DNA of 64,000 nucleotides from Chloroflexota bacterium (lineage in GTDB: Bacteria; Chloroflexota; Dehalococcoidia; SZUA-161; SpSt-899): NCBI GenBank assembly GCA_013203045.1, contig JABMQN010000275.1, positions 4,515 through 68,514 on the forward strand, in the 5' to 3' direction. Under the pieces are notes generated by a model. The model saw nothing but the letters and a program-made list of their open reading frames with translations. It did not search any database and had not been told where the DNA came from. Shown piece by piece: positions 18,260-27,028 of this stretch. A program made the position numbers and the translations under genes. How positions within the stretch are numbered: the stretch's first letter is position 1; each line of letters begins with the position of its first letter.

Positions 18260-20224
18260 TTATGCCAGGAGACTTCTTGTTTCTAGGTCATCAGCGATAT
18301 CACCAAGGTTAAGTCCTTCCATCTGTGCCTTCGTTTGCAGACCAGTGGCCACGTCCCATCGCCGCAGTTCGTAGTACTCATCTTTCATTTTCTCGAACTT
18401 CTCTCGATCGATAACCTCACCCTTTCGAGAGACCACTTCCCAATTCTTTCCGGGAACCTGGCAGTGAGGATTCGAAATATCATAATTCAACGGCACATTG
18501 TAACATTGATCAGAAAGGATATCGAAGTCTCTCCCTCGGTGACCTTCCCTGACAAGAATTGCCCTTTGCAGATTAAATATTCTCTCCCCAACTTTGTATA
18601 GCCCTACCTCATCTATCTCATTACCCGTGACTGCGGAAAGAAGCTTGCTTTCCAGCGTGGGATCGCCAACGTGGTCCTCAGTGTTGGGCAGATCAGTCAG
18701 AGGCCATATATAGTCGCATAGAATAAGCGATTCTTTCACATATTGCCGATCCTGGATCATTTTTGCTGCCAATGCTTTGCCTTCGTAAGTCGAGAAATCT
18801 GCGGCGATCTCACTTCCCCAGAACCTTTTGGCAATCGCACGGAGCACATCAGTGGTGACGTGGCCCAAACCCATTGTAGCTGAGACTGTCCAGAGAGGAA
18901 GAAGCAATCCTACTTCATGGATTTGCTGGATAGGAATCCGCGGTTCCATGGCATATGGGAACGCATTCGTTATGTAGAGTCGCGGTCCATATATGTCAGT
19001 GCCGGGCTCATCCAGATAGCCAGCCAGTTCGAGCTCTCTGATCGCATCAGGGCCAACTGCTTCTGCAGCTTTCTCGATCCCTTGAGCAAGTATATCCCCA
19101 AAGCCTTCTCTGAAGGCGATCTTGCGTATCAGAGTCTCGATGTACTCCTGACTTCCCAGCTTTGAGAGCGGGATGCCGGTGCTTGCATCGGTGAGGATAC
19201 CAGCTTTATAACAACGCTCAAGCCAGTTGATTAATAAATCAACAGCCACAGCATCGAGCCCGAGATCATCACAAAGCTTATTGGCAATAAACGGGACGTC
19301 ATTCCAGTCTTCGTAATACTCGTCGGTGTGCGGCTGATAGAAAAAGGCGGAGTGGCACACGAATTTCCCCTTCTTGCCATCCTGAGCCACGTACACTTTT
19401 CGAGGACACCTGCCAATACATCCGTAGCATGGCTCTTTTTTCATATCCTGGTTGGGGACAACCTTGAAATCCGCAATGATATCCCTTGACCATCTGCCCA
19501 GGTATTCGGTGAAACCCCTTTCCAGGGCTTTGTAATACTGAGTCAGTTCTTTCAGCCTTTCCGGACTGGCTACATTCGATCCCTTCTTGGTACCTTTCAC
19601 TACAACTGCTTTGAGATTCTTTGAACCCATTACAGCACCCAATCCACCAGTACAGACAGCATCATTATCCGCGGTCAGGATAGCCGCTACACACATGTTC
19701 TCGCCAGCGGGGCCAATCGCCACTACTCGTGCAGAGTCCCCCAGCTCATCTTTAAGAATTTGCCTGGTTTCGATGGCACCTTTTCCCAAAAGACTGGAAG
19801 CACCTTTCAGTTCTGCGGATTCTTCATCGAAGCGGATATAGACTGGCTTTTCGGACTTCCCATGGATCACTATGGCATCGTAGCCAGCAAACTTCATTTC
19901 GGCTCCGAACCGACCTCCCAGGTTGCCATAGGAGAACGATTCCGGAATTGGCTCGGGAGATTTTCCACAGATGGTCCACCGTGAACCACCGATCACTGGG
20001 ATTCCGCAAAGTGGCCCAGTGGCAAATATAAGTCTGTTTTCGGCATCAAAGGCGCCGATTTCCGGGGGAACCTCGTCCCAGTAGATTTTGGCTGCGATTC
20101 CCCTCCCCCCCAGGAATCTGTCTGCATAGTCTGCGGTGGAGGTCTCGGTTATTTTTCCCGAAGTTAGATCGATCCGAAGGATCTTTCCTGCATATCCGAA
20201 TGATGTCATTTCTCTGCCTTTCAT
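18260..20224 (-). CDS. aor: tungsten-containing aldehyde:ferredoxin oxidoreductase (AOR family)
   Basis: FGYAGKILRIDLTSGKI N-terminus plus the pterin- and [4Fe-4S]-binding regions typical of AOR. ~650 aa. The real start is probably MTSFGYAGK at 20209. Confidence 0.85.
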   Translation of the reverse strand: MKGREMTSFGYAGKILRIDLTSGKITETSTADYADRFLGGRGIAAKIYWDEVPPEIGAFDAENRLIFATGPLCGIPVIGGSRWTICGKSPEPIPESFSYGNLGGRFGAEMKFAGYDAIVIHGKSEKPVYIRFDEESAELKGASSLLGKGAIETRQILKDELGDSARVVAIGPAGENMCVAAILTADNDAVCTGGLGAVMGSKNLKAVVVKGTKKGSNVASPERLKELTQYYKALERGFTEYLGRWSRDIIADFKVVPNQDMKKEPCYGCIGRCPRKVYVAQDGKKGKFVCHSAFFYQPHTDEYYEDWNDVPFIANKLCDDLGLDAVAVDLLINWLERCYKAGILTDASTGIPLSKLGSQEYIETLIRKIAFREGFGDILAQGIEKAAEAVGPDAIRELELAGYLDEPGTDIYGPRLYITNAFPYAMEPRIPIQQIHEVGLLLPLWTVSATMGLGHVTTDVLRAIAKRFWGSEIAADFSTYEGKALAAKMIQDRQYVKESLILCDYIWPLTDLPNTEDHVGDPTLESKLLSAVTGNEIDEVGLYKVGERIFNLQRAILVREGHRGRDFDILSDQCYNVPLNYDISNPHCQVPGKNWEVVSRKGEVIDREKFEKMKDEYYELRRWDVATGLQTKAQMEGLNLGDIADDLETRSLLA

Positions 20225-20255
20225 ACAGCCTGTAAAAAACTGAAATTATATTTGA

Positions 20256-21626
20256 CTATGACTGGGTGAACTCTGCGATTACGTCTTCAAGGAGCGAGAG
20301 TAGTCCCAGATCACCTTCAGTCACCAGTCTACCCGTTGTCCATGCGTCTATCTGGTTCAGTTCCCCAGCACGAATTGCCTTCCAATCCTCGAGTGAGGCT
20401 TTGATGGTACAATTCGGATTCTCAATAATGCCCTCGTGTCGAGTTCCCTTGCCTTTGTCTGAAATCAAATACCAGTCACTTCCACCGGGTCCGGTGAAGC
20501 GAAACTGGACACTGACAGTCACTTCGTTGATGTCCGTAATAACTTCTTTCTTCTCACCCGGAGGCGGCAACTGCAAAAGGTCAGCCAGATGCTGGGTAGA
20601 GAAGTTATTGAAAAGCAAGTCGTCTTCGATTGGCATGCCTTGTGAGCGGAACCTCTTCAGAGCAGAAATCACGGTCAAACCATATCGAAAGGTGGCCATG
20701 ACTTCGTTGTAGAAGAGGTTCTTGACCTTCCACCCGGTGAGTTCCTCGTATCTGCGGACAATCTCCTCATCCTCCGGTGTTCCGGGCAAACGCGGTAGCC
20801 CGTAACCTTTGCTGTGTTGTTTATCCAGAGTGAAGAACCAGGCCAGGTCAAATTCCGGGTCCCCAATGAAGACCATCTCCCAGTCCATAATGGCCAGCAC
20901 GTCTCTCTCTGGAATACTATAGAGCGTATTTCCAATGCGGGCATCTCCCCAGCACAGACAGATGCGCTCCGGTACATAGCGGTTTTCCTTAAGCCATTCC
21001 AGAGTGGCTTCCATGGTCGGGTGCGATTCCTGAGGATCATCTTTCACCCAGTCGTTTAAGTAGCTGTCCCAGTAGATTAGCTGTTGATCGATAGGATCGG
21101 TGCCCCCACCTGGTATTTTGAGGAAGTCGATACCCATGTTTCTCCAGTCCAGTTTGTGGATCTCGGTTATCGCTTCAAGACATCCCCACCACATTTTGGC
21201 ACGTTTTTCAGGTGTGGCTTCAAAATACATCCCAGATCCGTGATACGAAGGATAATCCTGGGGAACATCCCCTTCCAGTTTCTCCATAAGGAAGAACGGA
21301 ACCCCAATAATAGCAGGGTCTTCTTCCAGCCAGAGCATTTTGGCCACCGGCACTTTCGTGGGATATAAAATCTTCATAGTTCGGAACTGGAGACCGAGAT
21401 CATATTCAGGGAAACTCCCCTGGCCCCATGGTGCGGCCCGGAGAACTACGCCCATTGATTTTTTCTCGCCGGATTCCTCCCATTCCATATCAAACAGATA
21501 GGTTTCGCTGGAGAGGCCCATGCCGGGTTTGTTTAAATCACTAATCGATATTTTGTCAGCCTGGGGCATCTTCTTTTGAACCCAGGCAGTGAGCTTAGCT
21601 TGAATTTCGGAAAGGTCCGGCTCCAT
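20256..21626 (-). CDS. APH-like phosphotransferase fused to C-terminal SCP2 domain (paralog of 16808..18181)
   Basis: Same architecture as 16808..18181: CLCWGDARIGNTLYS, IMDWEMVFIGDPEFD, and a C-terminal SCP2-like FRFTGPGGSDWYLISDKG...AWTTGRLVTEGD. Confidence 0.7.
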   Translation of the reverse strand: MEPDLSEIQAKLTAWVQKKMPQADKISISDLNKPGMGLSSETYLFDMEWEESGEKKSMGVVLRAAPWGQGSFPEYDLGLQFRTMKILYPTKVPVAKMLWLEEDPAIIGVPFFLMEKLEGDVPQDYPSYHGSGMYFEATPEKRAKMWWGCLEAITEIHKLDWRNMGIDFLKIPGGGTDPIDQQLIYWDSYLNDWVKDDPQESHPTMEATLEWLKENRYVPERICLCWGDARIGNTLYSIPERDVLAIMDWEMVFIGDPEFDLAWFFTLDKQHSKGYGLPRLPGTPEDEEIVRRYEELTGWKVKNLFYNEVMATFRYGLTVISALKRFRSQGMPIEDDLLFNNFSTQHLADLLQLPPPGEKKEVITDINEVTVSVQFRFTGPGGSDWYLISDKGKGTRHEGIIENPNCTIKASLEDWKAIRAGELNQIDAWTTGRLVTEGDLGLLSLLEDVIAEFTQS

Positions 21627-21660
21627 TGCAATCTCCTATCGATTCATTCAGAATCACAGT

Positions 21661-22632
21661 TTAGGCGGGTTTTAGCGCGCTCTTGATTTCATCTAAATCC
21701 AGCGGTTCGCCCTTGGAAGGATCAAGACGAAGACTGATTGCTCCATCAGGACATACGCCTTCACAACCACCGCATCCCATACATTTTTCAAGATCGATGA
21801 CAGGTTGCTGCTTTTCTTCATCCATTTTCATACAATCGAAGTTGCATGAATCCACACACGTACCACATCCTGTGCATACATCAGTATCTACTTCGGCAAC
21901 ATATCCAGATGGAACCAGGAAGCATAGATCCCCCATTGCCTTGGCCATCGGGATTCCGCCCATCAGATTCCACATCTTCACACCCATGCAGCAGCAACTG
22001 CAACAATTGCAGATAGCGAAAAACCGACTACCAATTTCCCTCTTGAAATAAGCACAATGGACTTCGCCGCGCTTATGAGACTCCTCCAATACCTGAACTG
22101 CCTCTTCCGGCGTAATCTTGCGGAACTTTGGATTCAGGTCCGCAATGAACTGGGCAGCCGGGTCCCCCACCATCAGGCACACTTCCATTGGGTAGGGCAA
22201 GCATGGATTATCCGAATTCAACCGGCATCCGCACGGGCCAATTGCAAGAGACTGTGGATTCTGCAGGATAACATCTCTGGCGATTTTCCAGGGAACCACT
22301 TGTTCCGGCAAGGGCATATTAAGATCTTCTTTCTGTGATACCAATTTGACCGCATCGAGGAATTTCACTACTTTCGTATGGTATATATCCGTTTCCGGAC
22401 CTCCTTGAGCCCCCTCTGCAATCTCCTTGACATAGGCCTCCAGCATCTCCGCGATTCCTTCTTCCAGTGGACCCAAATCCTCATGGACGATTTCTTTGTA
22501 AGGCAAATCAATATCCCTGCAGGCGATGGATGCGAATCGATTGATGTACTTCAGATACATGTACCCGCCAAAGAAATCATTCCGATTTTCCGGACCAAAC
22601 ATGTTGAAAAATTCTTCCGTCGAATTATGCAT
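21661..22632 (-). CDS. Cys-rich iron-sulfur protein with C-terminal 2x[4Fe-4S] ferredoxin domain (paralog of 15065..16228)
   Basis: CTGCGTCVDSC and CMGCGGCEGVCP are the ferredoxin motifs. A cluster ICNCCSCCCMGVK matches LCNCCWDCC in the paralog. Confidence 0.6.
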   Translation of the reverse strand: MHNSTEEFFNMFGPENRNDFFGGYMYLKYINRFASIACRDIDLPYKEIVHEDLGPLEEGIAEMLEAYVKEIAEGAQGGPETDIYHTKVVKFLDAVKLVSQKEDLNMPLPEQVVPWKIARDVILQNPQSLAIGPCGCRLNSDNPCLPYPMEVCLMVGDPAAQFIADLNPKFRKITPEEAVQVLEESHKRGEVHCAYFKREIGSRFFAICNCCSCCCMGVKMWNLMGGIPMAKAMGDLCFLVPSGYVAEVDTDVCTGCGTCVDSCNFDCMKMDEEKQQPVIDLEKCMGCGGCEGVCPDGAISLRLDPSKGEPLDLDEIKSALKPA

Positions 22633-22664
22633 ATTAATCCCCTTTATCTTAATTCATTTAAAAT

Positions 22665-23840
22665 TCAGTTTTCTGATTCCGTAGCTATTTGCTCCGTGAG
22701 TGTTCCGTATGTACCATATCCTTCATAACCGTACTTGAGGTATTTGCCCGGGATCATTAACTCCGTAGTCCCATATCCCACATCTCCGTCGCAGGTGAAT
22801 TTTGAACCATAGTCGCAGTATCCCCAGATCTCCTTCATTACCTCAGGATCGCTGACATTCAGTTTGTAACCATCCATCCACTGCGGCCCCATCCACAAAC
22901 CGTGAATGAATCCCTTGTAAAGCCCCCCGTATCCACCGGGCGACTGGTAGCAAATGGTTATCGGCTCAATGGTGACTTCTTTGGTTGTACCGTCGATGGC
23001 TGTCATCACCACTTTCCCACCGGAAAAGCGTCGCAGTTGCTCTGGTTTCTCATCGCTAAACTCAAAGTAATGCTCGACGTTTGCTAACTCCAGCGGTTCT
23101 TTATTACTCCCGTATGGATAGTAAAGTCCACCACTGAAATGCCATCTTCTGGGCATGTTTAAATTGTCATCCCAGATCTCCCGAATGTGAAAGGTGGCAC
23201 CCCAATCCTGAAATTGCATCAGTACAAAATTGAAAAGTTGTCCAGCGTGAATCTCCGGGAACTGCACACCGGTTTCTACGAAATCCGCTCCGGCCATTCT
23301 GACACCCCAAGATCGATCCCTTTCACCCACCCACTTCTCTTTATTAAGCTGAAAGGTCTCGTCGCCAGCCTTGATCCACCCGGTTGGTCTTCCGCTCTGG
23401 ACCATGCGCTTAATATTCTCTCTTTCCCTGCCACGGCTGATTTGCTGCTGGGCACCCTCTTCATACAGGGGACTTACCCCATCCAATTCTATGTCATAGC
23501 TCAATCCATACTCGTTCTCATCGAGCTTGAACCTGACTTTCTTTAATGGCTCAGTCACCTCGTAGGAAAACGGACCGACTTTGAAAACGCCGATGTCAGG
23601 TCTGAGTTCGCGCGAGGCACGCACAATGTACTCCGTTTCATCCCGAATTGTGAAGCACACATAGGCATCCATTACGTTCCGATTGGGGTAGTACCCGAAG
23701 CCGGTAGCAATGTGAGCTGTGCCATCGATATCGTGCACCTGGAGCCAGGATCTTTCCGTCCATTCTCTGGCACTCGTGCCGGGACGGTCGAATGTTGATA
23801 CCGCCTGATGGCAGAACAGCTCGTCATATTTGGTAATCAT
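22665..23840 (-). CDS. hypothetical protein (unrecognised fold; Gly/Tyr-rich C-terminus)
   Basis: 391-aa ORF running co-directionally within the gene array. I recognise no motif. Confidence 0.45.
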   Translation of the reverse strand: MITKYDELFCHQAVSTFDRPGTSAREWTERSWLQVHDIDGTAHIATGFGYYPNRNVMDAYVCFTIRDETEYIVRASRELRPDIGVFKVGPFSYEVTEPLKKVRFKLDENEYGLSYDIELDGVSPLYEEGAQQQISRGRERENIKRMVQSGRPTGWIKAGDETFQLNKEKWVGERDRSWGVRMAGADFVETGVQFPEIHAGQLFNFVLMQFQDWGATFHIREIWDDNLNMPRRWHFSGGLYYPYGSNKEPLELANVEHYFEFSDEKPEQLRRFSGGKVVMTAIDGTTKEVTIEPITICYQSPGGYGGLYKGFIHGLWMGPQWMDGYKLNVSDPEVMKEIWGYCDYGSKFTCDGDVGYGTTELMIPGKYLKYGYEGYGTYGTLTEQIATESEN

Positions 23841-23869
23841 AGTTGATCCTCCTTCTTACGTACTGGTTA

Positions 23870-24673
23870 CTATTCCAAACCCATGAGCCTCGTTATTCCA
23901 AAGCGATGGCCAACAGTGAATCCGCCATCGACCATCAGTGCATGCCCGGTTATGAATGAAGCTTCATCCGATGCCAGGAAAAGGACTGCGTTGGCGATCT
24001 CCTCTGGGCGTCCAATCCTTCCTAGTAGAATAGCTTCGATGATGTGGTCGCGGAAGTCCTTGAGGATTTCGTTATCCAGCACCGTTTCTGAAGCCAATGG
24101 CGTATCAACAAATCCGGGACAAATCGTATTCACCCGAATGCCTTTACGAGCATAGTCCATGGCCATGTTCCGGGTGAGCAGGATGACGCCACCCTTGGAG
24201 ACATTGTACGCACTCCCCCCCTCAGAACCTTCAATCCCCTCGATACTCGAGATATTTACAATGCTGCCGGAGCCCTGCTCGACCATCTGTCCGACTGCGT
24301 ATTTACACACGAGGAAAGTTCCCTTGAGATTGATGTCCATCACGCGATCCCATTCTTCCGTGGGAAGCATATGTACCGGTCCGCCACTTGCTATACCCGC
24401 GCAGTTCACAACGATATCAAGACGACCAAACCGTTTCACAGTTCCTTCTATAACACTTCGGATGCGTTCCTCATCTCGGACGTCGCCGATTTCAAAATAG
24501 GATTCCGGGGCAATTTCGACGGCCTTTTTCCAAGTGTCATTCGTAGTCTCGCCGATATCGAAGCCCACAACCCATGCCCCCTCCTGAACAAATCGCAATG
24601 CACATGCAGCTCCTATCCCTGAAGCAGCACCTGTTATGAATGCCACCTTGTCTTTCAATCGAGTCATGTTCAA
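23870..24673 (-). CDS. short-chain dehydrogenase/reductase
   Basis: ITGAASGIGAACA, NCAG, and YNVSK motifs. Confidence 0.85.
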   Translation of the reverse strand: MNMTRLKDKVAFITGAASGIGAACALRFVQEGAWVVGFDIGETTNDTWKKAVEIAPESYFEIGDVRDEERIRSVIEGTVKRFGRLDIVVNCAGIASGGPVHMLPTEEWDRVMDINLKGTFLVCKYAVGQMVEQGSGSIVNISSIEGIEGSEGGSAYNVSKGGVILLTRNMAMDYARKGIRVNTICPGFVDTPLASETVLDNEILKDFRDHIIEAILLGRIGRPEEIANAVLFLASDEASFITGHALMVDGGFTVGHRFGITRLMGLE

Positions 24674-24691
24674 TCTCCAAATGACTTGCTT

Positions 24692-25114
24692 TTATTCTGA
24701 ACGGACCAGTCGAGAGCCGAAAGCGACTGTCTCTGCATATGCCGTATCAGGGAATTCGAATACCTCAACAACCTTCTCATCCTTAAAACGGAAAAAGAAT
24801 ACATATAAATTATTGTAGTCATTTCCCGTTTTTGTCTTTGCTTCCCCTCGTGCCCGAACTACGACTGTATTTCCTTCAGCGATCAGTTCTTCCGGATGTA
24901 CCATTATATACTCAAGCTGTTCGAAGAAGCTGAGCCACATATTCATGATTTGTTCTTTGCCATGAAACGTACCAGATACCGGCATATCACCCGGTACTAC
25001 ATATTGAACATCATCGGCAAATATTTCAAGTAAATCCGGGTCCGAAGCATTAAGCTTTTCAAAGTACCGGATGATTGCTTCTTTGTACTGATTTTTCATT
25101 GCTTGGCTTTTCAA
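24692..25114 (-). CDS. NTF2-like / SnoaL-like (ketosteroid-isomerase-like) protein
   Basis: 140-aa cone fold, comparable in size and pattern to SnoaL/KSI-like proteins. Confidence 0.5.
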   Translation of the reverse strand: MKSQAMKNQYKEAIIRYFEKLNASDPDLLEIFADDVQYVVPGDMPVSGTFHGKEQIMNMWLSFFEQLEYIMVHPEELIAEGNTVVVRARGEAKTKTGNDYNNLYVFFFRFKDEKVVEVFEFPDTAYAETVAFGSRLVRSE

Positions 25115-25153
25115 TTACAGGCTGCTGTCTATAATCAGGATTTCATTTTGCTG

Positions 25154-25666
25154 CTATTGCCCAAGGGCTTCCAGCAATGCTCCTCTATTCTTGGCCCAAC
25201 CTTCATTATAGGGGCTAATGTAGTTCCATTTCGTCTTTATCGAATCGAATTTCCACCTGCCATCTTCCCTTACATACTCCTCGAAGTATGTTCCCATCAT
25301 CCATTGAGCTACACCCGTTGAAGTATCGGTGGTCGGAGCTTCATAATACCAGCGACCTGTCGCTCTATCACCATCCACTTCGATGATCGGATTATGTACC
25401 ATATGAATGCAGAAGGAAACCGCTCCCGGGACAACTTCCCCGAAGAATACTTTCAATCCTTCGGGGCCCTCAAAATGAGATCCCTCGCCAAGACCGAAGT
25501 CTACTTTGGCACCTTTAGTGAAGTGGGAAATCAGTTCATCTCGATTCTTGGGATCATCCAAGCCTGCATCGCACAAATAGCAATATGTAGCCTTGAGCTT
25601 CTTAATTTCTTCGATATCCTCCAGCACCTTGATCCGTGCTTCCAAATCTTCCAGGGTCATATACAA
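25154..25666 (-). CDS. NTF2-like protein (SnoaL_4 / DUF4440-like)
   Basis: 170 aa. The N-terminus MTLEDLEARIKVLEDIEEIKKLKATYCY is typical of SnoaL_4. Confidence 0.5.
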   Translation of the reverse strand: MYMTLEDLEARIKVLEDIEEIKKLKATYCYLCDAGLDDPKNRDELISHFTKGAKVDFGLGEGSHFEGPEGLKVFFGEVVPGAVSFCIHMVHNPIIEVDGDRATGRWYYEAPTTDTSTGVAQWMMGTYFEEYVREDGRWKFDSIKTKWNYISPYNEGWAKNRGALLEALGQ

Positions 25667-25804
25667 TCCTCCTTTGGGTTCTTCGGGAGTCTATCTCTAC
25701 ATCACTCAAAAACGGAAAAAGGAACCCTGATGCAAGTTTGCCACAAACAGCGAAAAAAACAACGCTGCTTTAGTGAGTATAAAACGCGTAGAACATACTA
25801 CGCA

Positions 25805-26752
25805 TTATTCGATGGAAAGCAGGTAGGTTCTGAGGTTGACCTTCTTGTTCGATATGCCAAGTTTCGTTCTGATGTTATATCGGTGAGTATCAACAGTCCT
25901 TGAAGATATGCCCAACTGGCTGGCAATTTCCTTCGCAGATTTACCCTGCTTAATAAGATTTGCTACCGTAATTTCCGTGGGAGTAAGCTTCAAGAACTTC
26001 ATGGAAGCACCATGTGGAAATGATAACGCAATTTCATGTAAGTTGGTCTCTAATTCGTCCAGGTAGGCGTGCTGAACTTGGTTCAAACTGGCCTTTTTCA
26101 ACTTCTCTAGATAAGGCAAAACGAATTCTTTCATGTTAGAAAGCACCTTATCTTCCAACTCCGTTTTCACCTCTTCCGACTTTTCCAGCATAACTCGCAG
26201 GGCAATATTCGCGTCTTCAAGGCTGGAAGTGCTCTCGCTTACCAATCTTTCCAGATCATCTTTATGCCTGCGCAGTAATTCCTGTTCCCGTTTGCGAGCA
26301 GTAATATCTCGAGTAATCGCGAGAATACCTTTGATTTCACCATTGCCACTAACCAACCGAGGGTTTACCTCAATAAAGACTTTAGTCCCGTTTTTATGCT
26401 TCGCCTGCAATTCCAATACCTGAGTCTCAGCGGTCTTTCCTTCAAGCAGTTCTTTGCTCAACTCAATGCAACGTTGCCAGTCCTCTGCACTCAAGGCGCC
26501 AAATTCGAAGAATTTCTTTCCTACAACCTCTTCTCGTTTATAGCCAAAGAGATCCTCCACCTTATCATTGACATCGATGACTGTTCCATCGGTACTGATA
26601 TAAACAATGTGGTCATTAGCATTTTCGAAGATTGTCTTGAATTTCTCCTCACTGTCTCGAAGTTGTCGGTTAGCCTCGATAAGCAGTGCATTCTGTTCCC
26701 GCGAACGTATCAACTGCTTTCTTGTTTCGTCATTGGTTAGCATGGTTCTCAC
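25805..26752 (-). CDS. PAS-domain LuxR-family transcriptional regulator
   Basis: PAS core EEKFKTIFENANDHIVYISTDGTVIDVN...ITARK. LuxR HTH LTPTEITVANLIKQGKSAKEIASQLGISSRTVDTHRYNIRTKLG. Confidence 0.75.
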   Translation of the reverse strand: MRTMLTNDETRKQLIRSREQNALLIEANRQLRDSEEKFKTIFENANDHIVYISTDGTVIDVNDKVEDLFGYKREEVVGKKFFEFGALSAEDWQRCIELSKELLEGKTAETQVLELQAKHKNGTKVFIEVNPRLVSGNGEIKGILAITRDITARKREQELLRRHKDDLERLVSESTSSLEDANIALRVMLEKSEEVKTELEDKVLSNMKEFVLPYLEKLKKASLNQVQHAYLDELETNLHEIALSFPHGASMKFLKLTPTEITVANLIKQGKSAKEIASQLGISSRTVDTHRYNIRTKLGISNKKVNLRTYLLSIE

Positions 26753-27028
26753 CTACGAAATCCGGTTAGCAATAAGTATTTGACCTAGTGTAGTATCCCC
26801 AACGGTTCTGAACATCCCAGCACCCCCCGTTTCAATCCGGCATTGGCGCTTCCACCGCCCACCCTTCAGGTTATTTTGGGGACACCCCTCCGCCATTGCA
26901 TTCTGGCGGGCACGCCCAAACCCCGCCATAGGGGCTCTTCGCCCCTATGGACTCCCCGTTATTCATGTGTCAAGGATTCTAAGGGCCAATACGCTAGTTC
27001 GATTCTCTGCGAACCGACGTAATCTCTG

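Noticed and set aside
26760-27028. Possible CRISPR array or tRNA in the 270-bp gap after the PAS-LuxR gene
   Set aside because: There are no regularly spaced direct repeats. It holds only one palindrome (CCATAGGGGCtcttcGCCCCTATGG) and a weak REP-like CCCTTCAGG segment. No tRNA-like T-arm or anticodon structure is discernible.
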